64,000 bases of DNA from a virus (lineage: Duplodnaviria > Caudoviricetes). Positions 20,133-30,431 of the stretch are shown piece after piece. The notes beneath the pieces were generated by a model that did not search any database, was not told the origin of the DNA, and saw only the letters and a program-made list of their open reading frames with translations. A program made the position numbers and the translations under genes. How positions within the stretch are numbered: position 1 is the stretch's first letter; every line of letters starts with the position of its first letter. The stretch is from IMG/VR virus record IMGVR_UViG_3300035182_001315; one strand, written 5' to 3'.

Positions 20133-20909
20133 TTAGTTATTAATAAGGTTATGCTTTAAATCAACCAATTTTAATATCTTAGTGATTATTTCAGCTTCAT
20201 TAATCTCCGCCTTATCAGCCATGAGCTTCGTCTTAACCTTCAATAACTTGTCCTTTGAATCGTCATCGGCTGTAGCAACCTTGGTATCTACCAGCGTTGC
20301 ACACTCGTTAACCAATTCCTCATATTGTGCCTTCTTTTCGTCAAAGTTTGATTCCAAAAGAACTCTCAAAACCTTCTTGTCACTTTCATCTAACGTAGAG
20401 TACTTTTCGTTGTATTTTTCAACAACCAAATTCATGAACATGCTCATAGGCAATTCCACGCTTTCATTGATTTCTTTTGGTTTGTTGTTTGCCATGTGGC
20501 CCGAAACATTCTTAATCTCATCGATAACCTTGTCAACATTCTGGCCGTTTCTCTTGATGAAAATAAGCTTGGACAAAGATTCATGCAGCGGAGCCAATTC
20601 GTAGTCATCTACCATTTTGGTACCAGTAACCAAGCTTGCCAATTTCTCGTTCTCCTTAAGGATGTCAGCCGGTTTGAATTTCTCCAAAAGCTTTATGTTT
20701 TCAGAGATGTAGAGGTTAGCAGATACAGGGTCAGTCTCAATCTTGTGCTCAATGTTGTCATAAACCATGAACTGAGTCTTCAAGATTTCACTTTCCTTTA
20801 GGGCCTTTATGTACTTCTGAAATAATTTCTTGCTATTGGCATCCTTTGAAACGATTCCCTCAGCCAGCAAATTATTAAAGACGTTCTTTATTTTTCCGAA
20901 ATTTTGCAT
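20133..20909 (-). CDS. hypothetical head-associated helical protein
   Basis: 258 aa, downstream of portal, ATATTTAT motif upstream, internal INE/LHE sites. Confidence 0.6.
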   Translation of the reverse strand: MQNFGKIKNVFNNLLAEGIVSKDANSKKLFQKYIKALKESEILKTQFMVYDNIEHKIETDPVSANLYISENIKLLEKFKPADILKENEKLASLVTGTKMVDDYELAPLHESLSKLIFIKRNGQNVDKVIDEIKNVSGHMANNKPKEINESVELPMSMFMNLVVEKYNEKYSTLDESDKKVLRVLLESNFDEKKAQYEELVNECATLVDTKVATADDDSKDKLLKVKTKLMADKAEINEAEIITKILKLVDLKHNLINN

Positions 20910-20957
20910 GTAACTTTATTTACATTATAAATATTGTAATTTAACGTAAAAAATCAA

Positions 20958-23024
20958 TTAATCCTTCAACATATCGTCGATATCAGAAATCATTCGATTG
21001 ATTCCCTCGTTGATTTTCACGTTCTTATTGTAAATCTTCACGTTTTCTGTTGGTTTTTCCTCACCATTTACGCTGGTAATCAGCTTATCTATGAAGATTC
21101 CGTTATATCTGGCAGTTCTCTCGTTGAGCTTTTTCTTAAGAATTTTCTTCTGTTCATTAAGAATATTGGCCCTTCTTTTAATTTGCTCTGCCGTTGGGGT
21201 TACCGGTTCTGTTCCGCCAGCCGCTGGTTCTGGAGCTTCCGCACCACCTTCAGCCGGTTCAGCTCCACCCTCTGCGCCACCTGTCGCACCGCCTTCTGGG
21301 GTCTCAGCACCTTCAGTTCCTTCCTCATCCTGACCGAAGTCCAAGTCAGTTTCTGAGGTTCCACCACCACCAAAACCACCACCTAAGCCACCGCCTCCAC
21401 CGGCAGCATCAGCACCTTCTTCACCGCCTTCTGGGGTACCGCCCTTCATCGCAGCAGTCATATCACCGTAAAGTCTGTCCACGATATCAAACATACCAGT
21501 ATGCTTGATAACTGAAGCTGTATTGGCCAATTCAGCCGCCGCAGCCTTCTCCATTCTCTGTTCAAGTAAATCCTGCTTAATTTCATTGTCAGACCAACCA
21601 AGGATTTCTCTCTTGGCTCTGGTCATAGACATAGCACCGAAACCGTTACCGGCATCAGATACAGAATCCTTATAAAGAGTCATCTTCAATTGAGAATGCT
21701 CAACCTTCAACATTTCAGCCTGTGTTGATGGGTTATTAAGAGTAAGTGTAAAATTGTCCAAGTCATCCTCGAATCCCAAAAGGTACAAGTGAATGATAAC
21801 AATCTTGTTCAATTCCTGCAACATCGTTTGCTGGATACGGTTGATGGTTCTGGAGAAACGGATATCCTGCAAGGCAAGATTCTTACCGTCACCAGTTGTT
21901 TCATCAAAGCCCAAGAACGGCTTAGGAACTCTCAATGCTGTAAACAATTTCTTCTGCAAGTACTCGATATCCGCAATCTGGTCCAAGTTAGATGCACCCG
22001 GAAGTGTATCGATTGGATTTGGAGCGTCTTCTGTTCTTACTGGAATGAAATAATCTTGGTCATTTGAAAGCTGATTGTAACGAAGGTCCATCTGGCCGGT
22101 TGCTGGGTCAACAACTGGACTTCTTTTGAACCTGTTCGCAATTTCATTTACGTATGATTCTACATCCGCTTCATCGATGTTACCAACGAAGATTTTATAG
22201 ATTCTTCTTTCTGGGGCTCTTGTTACACGGTAAACCAACATCGCATCCTCAGAAAGCAACAGCTGCTTCCAGATTCTTCTTGCTTTCTCAAGTACTGATG
22301 TACCATAAGGAAGTCTTCTGTCATCGCCAAGCAATCTGAAGTGAGCCATCTGCAATGAATTGAATTCCATGTCACGACCTCTCCAATAGAACTTAACCTT
22401 ATCTGATTTTGATGTTGTCTGGGAAGGATTCTGTGAAAGTACATCGAACAAACCACCATCTCTTCTTTCCATTTCGTAGTTCGGCATCTGCTTAGCACCA
22501 ATAATACCATTCTGGTCATCGATGTTCAAGTAAACAAAGTTGTCACCATACTTACAGGTATTACGGGTCCACATCGGTAAAGAGGTATGAATGTCCAAAC
22601 GGTTGAAGATAAGGTCTTCAACAATTCCCTTTACACGCTTACTGTCTGAGTAAACGTTCACCATTCTACCGTTAGAGTTAAGGGTAGTTGATTCTTCCAT
22701 CATGATATCCAAAGCTGCGGCGATTTCTGGGTAGAACTCCATAGCCTCGAAGTCAGAATATGAACTGATTCTGGTTGTTTCGTAGTTAACGGACTGCTGG
22801 AAAAGACCATTTTCAACCTTCTTCCAAGTTTGTCCTAAATATTTATTTTGCTGAGCCTGAAGCTTAGCTGTCTCGAATGCTGCTTTGTCGGTAGTCTTGA
22901 TAAGCACATCGTTGCCGATGTTATATCTCTGGGTCTGCGGCTTGCTGGTTTCTTTGGTCTTGAAACCTTCTGGGCCTAATATCTGACCTAATTTTTGAAA
23001 TACCGTTAGTTTTTGTTTAGCCAT
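20958..23024 (-). CDS. portal protein, T4 gp20-like
   Basis: SYSDFEAMEFYPEIAAALDI, LLLSEDAMLVYRVTRAPERRIYKIFVGN, DYFIPVR, IDTLPGA.NL. Confidence 0.93.
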   Translation of the reverse strand: MAKQKLTVFQKLGQILGPEGFKTKETSKPQTQRYNIGNDVLIKTTDKAAFETAKLQAQQNKYLGQTWKKVENGLFQQSVNYETTRISSYSDFEAMEFYPEIAAALDIMMEESTTLNSNGRMVNVYSDSKRVKGIVEDLIFNRLDIHTSLPMWTRNTCKYGDNFVYLNIDDQNGIIGAKQMPNYEMERRDGGLFDVLSQNPSQTTSKSDKVKFYWRGRDMEFNSLQMAHFRLLGDDRRLPYGTSVLEKARRIWKQLLLSEDAMLVYRVTRAPERRIYKIFVGNIDEADVESYVNEIANRFKRSPVVDPATGQMDLRYNQLSNDQDYFIPVRTEDAPNPIDTLPGASNLDQIADIEYLQKKLFTALRVPKPFLGFDETTGDGKNLALQDIRFSRTINRIQQTMLQELNKIVIIHLYLLGFEDDLDNFTLTLNNPSTQAEMLKVEHSQLKMTLYKDSVSDAGNGFGAMSMTRAKREILGWSDNEIKQDLLEQRMEKAAAAELANTASVIKHTGMFDIVDRLYGDMTAAMKGGTPEGGEEGADAAGGGGGLGGGFGGGGTSETDLDFGQDEEGTEGAETPEGGATGGAEGGAEPAEGGAEAPEPAAGGTEPVTPTAEQIKRRANILNEQKKILKKKLNERTARYNGIFIDKLITSVNGEEKPTENVKIYNKNVKINEGINRMISDIDDMLKD

Positions 23025-23068
23025 ATAGCGTTTATTGAATTATACTGTTTTTATTAGAAAAATCAAGG

Positions 23069-23311
23069 TTATTGAACGTAATCACATTCTACATAGGCAA
23101 GTCTTTCAACCTGTCCGTTCTGAGCTACAACCACATTATATGAATAGGTTGATATCCAATCCTGACCTTGAGAAAATGGGGTTGCATTACAGAAACGATT
23201 ATTCTTACCACCACCTTGTGGTGCCTTATAAATAGACCTGTCTGGGCACCAAGTGTAAAGTTCACTGGTGTAAGTTTTTACTGTATAACATCCTCTTTTT
23301 TGTACTGGCAT
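23069..23311 (-). CDS. small Cys-containing hypothetical protein
   Basis: 80-aa ORF between terminase and portal. Confidence 0.5.
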   Translation of the reverse strand: MPVQKRGCYTVKTYTSELYTWCPDRSIYKAPQGGGKNNRFCNATPFSQGQDWISTYSYNVVVAQNGQVERLAYVECDYVQ

Positions 23312-23323
23312 TTTGTTTAAGAT

Positions 23324-25138
23324 TTATTTGGTACCACTAAACAACCACATATATTGGCCTTTAGGGTCTTGCATATTCCTCGCAACCTTAGGGCTGAAGT
23401 TTGGCTTCCTTGCGGCTTCCTTATGCTTATTTTCTTTTGAAACAAATCCCTGTCCACGCTCAGCCTCAGTAAGAGGGGCTGGGGCAGCAGGTGTCTTGGC
23501 ACCATTCATCCATCCCTTAAGCATGGCTTTCGTTTGTTTTGCAAACTTCTCAAGATTCTTAAATGAATGCTCAATAACCCAAAGTGCCATGGCCATACCC
23601 ATGATAAGGTCATCATGATAGCCTTCCTGATGGTCAGGTCTACCATTCTTATATACAAACGTCTTCATCTCACCAGTAAGCCTTACAGACCTAATGATAA
23701 CACCCAACGTTCTTACTTTTTCTTCGAAATTTGAAACCATCTGTAAACGAATATTGTTTACCTGCAATCCCGGAATCTTCTCGTTGTTCTGTTTCTTGAT
23801 ATTCTGTAACTGCTTCTGCTTGCTTGAAAGGACCTTGCTACCCACGTTGTCATGGTGAAGTCTCTTGTATTCAAACTCAACAAGCTTTAATACTGTTGAT
23901 ACACCCATACCACCAGTGATATCCACAACGACATATGCCTTGTAATCATCACCGTATTGCTCAACAAGCTGGGCCAACAAATCCGGCTGAATCTTTCCTT
24001 CAAATTCCAGAACCTGTTCCATGGTGGTAAAATCAAGAATCTGAATGGTTGATTTATCTGCACCATCACCTCTTGAAACGTCCACGCCCATAACGTACTG
24101 ATGCCCTTCAACTGGGTCAGCCCAAATCCAAGTATCATTGTCAGGGCCAGTCTTTCTGATTGGCTCTCTCACGTTTAATTTCTTTTGTCTGTCGATATCA
24201 ACCTCAGCAATAACGTTACCACCAGAACCGATGAATGATACATCCAATTCCTGCGCAATCATTCTTGAGTCGTTGTTCATACCACGACACATTTCTTCAT
24301 ACCATGAAGACGTAGGTTTCCAACCTTCTTCAATTCTATGCTCATATGATTCAAATGAAAATTCAACCTCAGCCTCAACTTCTTGATTTTCCACATCACC
24401 TCGTAACCATTTCAAGTCTCTGTTATAACGATAATCCTCATACCATTTCATTTCAATGATATTGAAGTCATTTTTACCAGATTTAGCCTTTTCGTATGTT
24501 TTGTAGTAAAGTGCGTCCAAACCATTTGGAGTAGAAATAAGAGTAGCTTTACCACCCGTACCCAACGCTGTAAGTGCAGCACCAAATACTTGGTCACCGT
24601 TGTCAATGTGGGCTGCTTCATCCATTACAAGGTATGTAGGGGTGAAACCTCTAAGGGCATCCTTGGAAGTGGCCACGGCCTTAACTCTCGAACCGTTTGG
24701 TAATTTGATTTCTTTTACAGATTCTTTTCCGAAGATTGATTTGGCTTCAAGCTTTTCTGTGCCGTAGTATTCAGGCCCCCAGACCCAACGAGGCATTTGT
24801 GAGAGGAAATCCTTAATCTTGGCCAAGAATTCGAAGGCAAGTTCCTGTTTGTTCGCAATAATCAGAACCGCTTCGGGGTTTTCTTTATCTGCCAACGCAA
24901 CCTTAACTGCCATGAAAGCGGCGGTAGTAGTAGATACCCCAGCCTGTCTTGGTTTTGTAATCAGATTAAAACGATGCTTATCGTAGCACTGGATAATCTC
25001 TTTCTGTCTCTGGAATAGCTTGAATGGAACGAAACCCTCTTGAGTCTTGTCAAAAGTCTCCAAATAGGTTTCTATTGCATAGATAGGATTATCTAAGCAT
25101 TTGGCGTATTCCTTTATGATTTCTTGTCTGCTTAACAT
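23324..25138 (-). CDS. terminase large subunit, T4 gp17-like
   Basis: KPRQAGVST (Walker A), LVMDEAAHI (Walker B), LISTPNG, GVDVSRGDG.D.ST and HDDLIM nuclease motifs. Confidence 0.95.
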   Translation of the reverse strand: MLSRQEIIKEYAKCLDNPIYAIETYLETFDKTQEGFVPFKLFQRQKEIIQCYDKHRFNLITKPRQAGVSTTTAAFMAVKVALADKENPEAVLIIANKQELAFEFLAKIKDFLSQMPRWVWGPEYYGTEKLEAKSIFGKESVKEIKLPNGSRVKAVATSKDALRGFTPTYLVMDEAAHIDNGDQVFGAALTALGTGGKATLISTPNGLDALYYKTYEKAKSGKNDFNIIEMKWYEDYRYNRDLKWLRGDVENQEVEAEVEFSFESYEHRIEEGWKPTSSWYEEMCRGMNNDSRMIAQELDVSFIGSGGNVIAEVDIDRQKKLNVREPIRKTGPDNDTWIWADPVEGHQYVMGVDVSRGDGADKSTIQILDFTTMEQVLEFEGKIQPDLLAQLVEQYGDDYKAYVVVDITGGMGVSTVLKLVEFEYKRLHHDNVGSKVLSSKQKQLQNIKKQNNEKIPGLQVNNIRLQMVSNFEEKVRTLGVIIRSVRLTGEMKTFVYKNGRPDHQEGYHDDLIMGMAMALWVIEHSFKNLEKFAKQTKAMLKGWMNGAKTPAAPAPLTEAERGQGFVSKENKHKEAARKPNFSPKVARNMQDPKGQYMWLFSGTK

Positions 25139-25202
25139 ACTAATAAATATGTTGAAAGCAGTTTAAAGGCTGATTTTGTGCTTTTTGGAGACCTTACACA
25201 AA

Positions 25203-25227
25203 AAAACCACTCAGGCGAGTGGTTTTA
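25203..25227. terminator. intrinsic terminator hairpin
   Basis: AAAACCACTC-AGGC-GAGTGGTTTT. Confidence 0.7.
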
Positions 25228-25233
25228 ATTTTA

Positions 25234-26448
25234 TTACATAAATGGTTCAATTTCGTCTTCATCGTTGTTCGTATCGATACCCAGTTCGTTAAGGGCATTT
25301 CCGAATTCTTCTTCCTGTAAGTCACGTCTCACATCGTTAACAATTGTCTTGATGTATTTCTTGCCTTCTACGGTACCGGCAAGAATTTCCTTCATTACCT
25401 TGTGGAATTCCTTCGCAGGTAAAGCAGCCAATTCAGAATATACATGGTGCTTCAAATCAAAGTCATCCGCATCAATCGCATCAGCAAATTGTTCCCAGAT
25501 AGCTGGGCCCATTCTCATATCCCATGGCTCAGCGGCAAGGAAATCAGCCTTATTTATAACATATTCAGCAATTTTCTTTTTCTTTGGCAATCCATGAGCG
25601 GAAAGCAATTCCATTACACCCTTTACGATTTCGTGAACCAATACTGGGAAAACCATAGCCTGAGCATAGATAATCGCCTTTGGATTCTTCGCAGATGGGA
25701 ATTCAACCTTCACAACACCACCACTAACACCATTGTCCATCTTTGGAATAATGTAGTACATGTAATCAGCAGCAGCCATCATCTTGGCATATTTGTTTGG
25801 AAGCTTAGGGTCAAGGTCGCCCAATTCCTCAGCAACCATATGGAACATGTGATTACATTTCTTTGCGGCACCCTGAGTCATTGCATTAAGCAATCTTCTC
25901 TTATAAACTTCAGCGTTTGTATTTTCGATTTCTTCGTGGTTCTCAAACTCCATTCCTTCAACCGGCATTGGCTTAGGATTCTTTTTGGTACCTTCAATAG
26001 AGATGTGCGGAGTCAATTCAGCGATGATTTCAACAGCGTCTGGGCTGATATCATATTCTTTACGAATCATTTCAACCGCCAACTTTTCAAGCTCAGCCTT
26101 GTGCTTTGATTCCAATGCGATGGTTTCGAAAACCAATGGCATCATTTGTTGCTTAACTTCTTCATTACTGATGTTGTTTACATCAAAGGCTCTTTTGTAT
26201 CTCTTAGCAACTTCACTGAAACGCTTACCCATAATCTTTTGGGTAAAAGAATCTTCATCACCTTCTGGAAATGCAGGGTGCTTACCCAGCGAGTGCTTAT
26301 CGTCTCTCAACTCGTCTTCGAGTTGTGGGTGCATCCTTTCAGACATGTTCTCTGGGTAGACAACAGCTTCGTTCAATGGTGTTCCACCATTACCACCCTT
26401 GGTTGCGTTTAGTAATGCTTTTTTAGCTATTTGATTGTAGTCCGGCAT
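25234..26448 (-). CDS. hypothetical head-module protein
   Basis: 404-aa helical ORF upstream of the terminase. Confidence 0.65.
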   Translation of the reverse strand: MPDYNQIAKKALLNATKGGNGGTPLNEAVVYPENMSERMHPQLEDELRDDKHSLGKHPAFPEGDEDSFTQKIMGKRFSEVAKRYKRAFDVNNISNEEVKQQMMPLVFETIALESKHKAELEKLAVEMIRKEYDISPDAVEIIAELTPHISIEGTKKNPKPMPVEGMEFENHEEIENTNAEVYKRRLLNAMTQGAAKKCNHMFHMVAEELGDLDPKLPNKYAKMMAAADYMYYIIPKMDNGVSGGVVKVEFPSAKNPKAIIYAQAMVFPVLVHEIVKGVMELLSAHGLPKKKKIAEYVINKADFLAAEPWDMRMGPAIWEQFADAIDADDFDLKHHVYSELAALPAKEFHKVMKEILAGTVEGKKYIKTIVNDVRRDLQEEEFGNALNELGIDTNNDEDEIEPFM

Positions 26449-26452
26449 AATT

Positions 26453-27556
26453 TTATTTTAAATCTTTAACTTTGATATTTTTGATTATATTCTTTCCTTC
26501 AGTTACCGTAGAACTTGTACTAACAGATGTTGAGCTACTTGAAGCGTCATTGCTGGTTGTGCTTGAAGAATTGGTTTGTGCGTTCCTGATTCCAATAGTA
26601 ATCTTTTGTAACTGAGAACTTGGAACACCAATTAGCTGAGCAAAATCAATAATAACCTGAGCCTGTGCAACCTGATTGTTCTTGATGTTTGTAATAACTT
26701 CCTTTGGAATCTTTTGCTGAATCAAACCCATAAGCTTCTGTGAGCTTGCAACAATGGTTGGGTCAACCGGCGTATCTTCCTTCATCATTCCCTTCTTACC
26801 AAACAATACTTCATCCAAATACTTCTTGAATTCCTTTATCCCCATATATTGTTCGTCTTCAGTCATGCTTGCCTTCGCCAAATCAGAAACACCCTTGAAC
26901 TTTCTTGCTTTGCCTTTCTTTCTGTTTACGATGAAATGCTTGAAGCCTTGGTAAGCCTTAAAATCCTGTCCAAATTCTGGTGATACATTTGCTTGTCCTT
27001 TATCTTCAGCTTCTTCCATACCATGGCCAGCATCTTGTGTTACTGGTACCGGCGCATCGGTTGGGTTTTCAGCAGGAACTTCCTGTTGAGCTGGTTGTTC
27101 TTGTTGTCCCTTCGCTGGGCCAGCGATGGTATCTTCGAAAGTCTTCATATCGTAAACTACAGGGCCATCTTCAGTTTCTGGTTCGTCATGCGAATATACA
27201 CCTAAAACCTTTTGGTTGTCTGGTGTCATTGCACGGCACATTTGATAAGTTTTGCTATTGATGGTGAAAGGCTGGGAGATTTGACTTGTTTTAGCGTCCT
27301 TGACGTTTGAAACGTAAATCAATCTTACCGGCTCTTGACCAACGGTAGCTGTATCTTCATCAATAACATTTACCTGAGCACCTTTCATTCCAGCTATATT
27401 TTTCTGAAGGGTAGGGTCAGACAAATCCTTCTTCTTGATGTTGATGGATGTCTTGCCGTTGCCGCCAGATGAAGCCTGAGATGATGCTGTTGAAGATGAG
27501 GTATCGCTTGATGATTGATACGACATGTCTTCTTTTATGTTATTGTTGTTTTTCAT
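26453..27556 (-). CDS. hypothetical low-complexity protein, probable virion component
   Basis: 367 aa, S/T/Q-rich linkers. Confidence 0.6.
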   Translation of the reverse strand: MKNNNNIKEDMSYQSSSDTSSSTASSQASSGGNGKTSINIKKKDLSDPTLQKNIAGMKGAQVNVIDEDTATVGQEPVRLIYVSNVKDAKTSQISQPFTINSKTYQMCRAMTPDNQKVLGVYSHDEPETEDGPVVYDMKTFEDTIAGPAKGQQEQPAQQEVPAENPTDAPVPVTQDAGHGMEEAEDKGQANVSPEFGQDFKAYQGFKHFIVNRKKGKARKFKGVSDLAKASMTEDEQYMGIKEFKKYLDEVLFGKKGMMKEDTPVDPTIVASSQKLMGLIQQKIPKEVITNIKNNQVAQAQVIIDFAQLIGVPSSQLQKITIGIRNAQTNSSSTTSNDASSSSTSVSTSSTVTEGKNIIKNIKVKDLK

Positions 27557-27968
27557 ATTTATTGGTATTGAATTCCAGTGTTAGGTCTTTTTCATACAGC
27601 TTGTCTTTTATGTCTTTGGCAAGTTCTCCAAACTTGAAGCAAAGCCTCTTGGTTGGGTATGTATCATATGCGTCGATGTATTCCCAAGCCAAAGCGATAA
27701 CGCCATCAACCGCATCCCAAACAGCGAACGAATCACTGTTTTGAACGACATCCAGCTTCAGCTCTGACTTTAACATCCCAACGCTCTTAATAAATATGTC
27801 GTGCGGCGGATGTGGTCGGCCAGATGCCGGATAAGTATCCCACTCATCACCATCAATGTCCTCAGTTATATCAGAAAAGATGAATTCATAAAGGTAATTT
27901 CCCTTATAATCTTTCCCAACCAAGTTCACATATATCAGGTACAATTCCTTCATTATTGGATATAGCAA
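27540..27968 (-). CDS. hypothetical protein
   Basis: 142-aa ORF overlapping both neighbours. Confidence 0.6.
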   Translation of the reverse strand: MLYPIMKELYLIYVNLVGKDYKGNYLYEFIFSDITEDIDGDEWDTYPASGRPHPPHDIFIKSVGMLKSELKLDVVQNSDSFAVWDAVDGVIALAWEYIDAYDTYPTKRLCFKFGELAKDIKDKLYEKDLTLEFNTNKYEKQQ

Positions 27969-29368
27969 TTTAACTCGTACTTAGAACCCATGCCATAAAT
28001 CTGCATGTGTAATTGCTTTTTAGACAATTTATTGCTTTTCCATAAAGGAATAGAATAACGGTTTGATTTACCGGCATCAGGCTTAGATGGGCCAGCACCA
28101 ATAATATCATCCCAATCATTCATATCGATTCTGTAGCCTTGGTCTTCAGCATATTTTTTACCAGCGTATGTAGCATTTGCAAATATCTCATGGTAAAGTG
28201 GATAGTCGTATTTTGCCTCATCCAAAGCTTTAGGGTCAGGTCTAACTCCCGGTGTCACAACTGGCTGAAATGGTTTATCCCTTCTGCTTGGTTTGCTTGG
28301 AGCAGGAGTACTTGGTTTTGTTGTTGGAGCCGTTTTTGGCTTTTCTGGTGCAGGTGCTGGCATTTCTTCTTGATTAAAAGATTCCTTTAAAATTGATTTG
28401 ATACTCTCTTTATCTGCGAAGATACAAGTATTTTCTTCAATTGGCAAGTTTTCTTCTGTTTCTTCAGCTGCTTCCAACATATCATTAGACCCCAGCTGGA
28501 ACATGTTGTTCTTCTTTGGGTTATCTAAAAAAAATTGGCCTTCTTGCACCGATGGTTTTTCTACACCATATTCCTTAAGCTTAGCGAAAATCTCTTGAAG
28601 GTCTTCGTAATCAATTTCATCCTTAAGGTCATTCAAGAATTCGTTACGGTTTACCTTGCTGCTAAAAGACACAAGGCGAGTAAGAACCTGCTTAATTTGG
28701 TCAGAACCGTTATCGTAAATCTTAACAAGTTGTTGAGCGTTGTTATCGTTAAGTGACATTTCGTTCATAGCACCTTCTCCGCCTGCTGCTGGAGCTTCTG
28801 CGCCTGCTGCTGGAGCTTCTGCGGCAGCTGCTGGGGATTCGCCTGTTGGTGCTTCAGCATCAGCGCCCGGAGCCTGAGAATCGTCCACATCATCACCCTT
28901 ATCTTCATCACCCTTGTCGTCCTTGGTTTCAGCGTTGGCTGTACCAGCGGTTTCAACCTTCTTGATAATATCTGATTGGTCTTCAGCGTCCATGGTGCCG
29001 GTGTGGGATGCTGATAACAATGAGTTAATAGCAAACTTTTCCAGTTCCAAATCAGGTTGGCCTTGGGTTTCGTTGTATTTTCTTAGGGATTGTCCTAACT
29101 TACCAGTAAGTTGTTCGATGAATTTCTTTGGGTCAGATTCTTCGCTCGCTTCAACACCGGCATCAAATGGCTGGTCGTCGAAAGGCTTATCGTTACCACC
29201 GGCTGGAGCTTCACCAGTAGCTGGTGCTGTAGCATCCAATCCCAAATCAGGGGCTGCATCAGCAGCTGGGGCCGGTTCTTGAGCTGGAGCAGGGGCAGGG
29301 GTAGGGGCAGGAGTTTCACTGCCCAGCTTCAACTTGTATTTTACTTCGTTTACTTTAGGGAGTAAACT
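27953..29368 (-). CDS. low-complexity A/P/E-rich protein, probably the -1 frame extension of 29350..30048
   Basis: No early ATG; frame is open back to the A9 run at 29368-29376. Confidence 0.6.
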   Translation of the reverse strand, partial: SLLPKVNEVKYKLKLGSETPAPTPAPAPAQEPAPAADAAPDLGLDATAPATGEAPAGGNDKPFDDQPFDAGVEASEESDPKKFIEQLTGKLGQSLRKYNETQGQPDLELEKFAINSLLSASHTGTMDAEDQSDIIKKVETAGTANAETKDDKGDEDKGDDVDDSQAPGADAEAPTGESPAAAAEAPAAGAEAPAAGGEGAMNEMSLNDNNAQQLVKIYDNGSDQIKQVLTRLVSFSSKVNRNEFLNDLKDEIDYEDLQEIFAKLKEYGVEKPSVQEGQFFLDNPKKNNMFQLGSNDMLEAAEETEENLPIEENTCIFADKESIKSILKESFNQEEMPAPAPEKPKTAPTTKPSTPAPSKPSRRDKPFQPVVTPGVRPDPKALDEAKYDYPLYHEIFANATYAGKKYAEDQGYRIDMNDWDDIIGAGPSKPDAGKSNRYSIPLWKSNKLSKKQLHMQIYGMGSKYELNCYIQ

Positions 29369-30048
29369 TTTTTTTTATTTTTTCCAGAAACAACATCATC
29401 TACGATGTTATCCATTTCAGCCAAAGAAGTCTTGATTGACAAACGCCCTTCAACAACCGGAGCCTTACCATCATTATCTTCAACTTCCAACATGTCATCA
29501 ACAGCCTGTTCAACTTCAGAAAGTTCAACATCATGTCCTTCCATATCCATATCTTCGCTTTCTGAAATCATGTTACCACACTCAGAGCATTTGCCTTCGT
29601 TGATTGGTGCATGACAGCATTCGCTTTCATTAACGCTTTCGTTTGTAGCAAAACCTTCACCAAAAGCAACATTCTCAGAAAGATTGTCGTTTTCGAATAC
29701 GTTGATTTGACCAGACTTGCCCAAAGCTTCGTTTAAGCTATTGAACTTAAGGTTCAAGAACTTGATAGCCTTAGCGTAAGAAGGGTGAGCATGAGACTTC
29801 TTGTTCTGAAGTCCGCCGATGTATTTGAAATCCTCAGAAAGGATGTTATCCTTCTTATCAGTAACCTTGATGTAATACTCGTGGTTTTCACGAACAATAC
29901 CATAAACGTTACCGTCTGGACCTACCTTGGTAAGCTCAACAGTTGAGGTTGAATGATTCTTGTTAAGAGTAGTAATACCCATTAACTCCTTCATACGTTC
30001 GTTAATTTCTTGGCCTTTTAAACCAACTGGACTGATTCTATCTTTCAT
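29350..30048 (-). CDS. hypothetical head-module protein ending in a KKK-coding A9 run
   Basis: 232-aa ORF behind an ATATTTAT motif. Confidence 0.7.
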   Translation of the reverse strand: MKDRISPVGLKGQEINERMKELMGITTLNKNHSTSTVELTKVGPDGNVYGIVRENHEYYIKVTDKKDNILSEDFKYIGGLQNKKSHAHPSYAKAIKFLNLKFNSLNEALGKSGQINVFENDNLSENVAFGEGFATNESVNESECCHAPINEGKCSECGNMISESEDMDMEGHDVELSEVEQAVDDMLEVEDNDGKAPVVEGRLSIKTSLAEMDNIVDDVVSGKNKKKVYSLK

Positions 30049-30079
30049 AAAAGTGTTTTATTTTAATATAAATATGTCG

Positions 30080-30337
30080 TTATGCGGTGTAAGAACCACC
30101 AATGATGCTGGAATCCTGTCGATTATCGATGGTTTCACCCAAAAGTACACAACCAGTTGCAGCTGTGATGGTTTTAACCTTAATCTTTATTGATGAGCCA
30201 GCACCCATTGTAACCGTTACACCGTTGATAACTGGGGTAGCAGCAGCACCACAATAAATTTCAGTATATGTATGTGCAGTGAAGTTTGGAGCAGTAGCGT
30301 CAACAACCAGCGAGTGAATATCATTTAATAATGGCAT
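30080..30337 (-). CDS. small probable virion protein
   Basis: 85 aa, A/T/G-rich, ATATTTAT motif upstream. Confidence 0.55.
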   Translation of the reverse strand: MPLLNDIHSLVVDATAPNFTAHTYTEIYCGAAATPVINGVTVTMGAGSSIKIKVKTITAATGCVLLGETIDNRQDSSIIGGSYTA

Positions 30338-30431
30338 AGCTTAATTTTATTATAAATATTCAAAAAAACCAGAAAAAATGAAAAAAGGCTCCAAAACGGA
30401 GCCTTTCTTTAAACTTATGTTCTGTAAAAGC

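Noticed and set aside
15504-29365. Numerous 60-140 aa ORFs antisense or out of frame within capsid, scaffold, portal, terminase and neighbouring genes
   Set aside because: Shadow ORFs from stop-poor complementary frames of well-supported genes.
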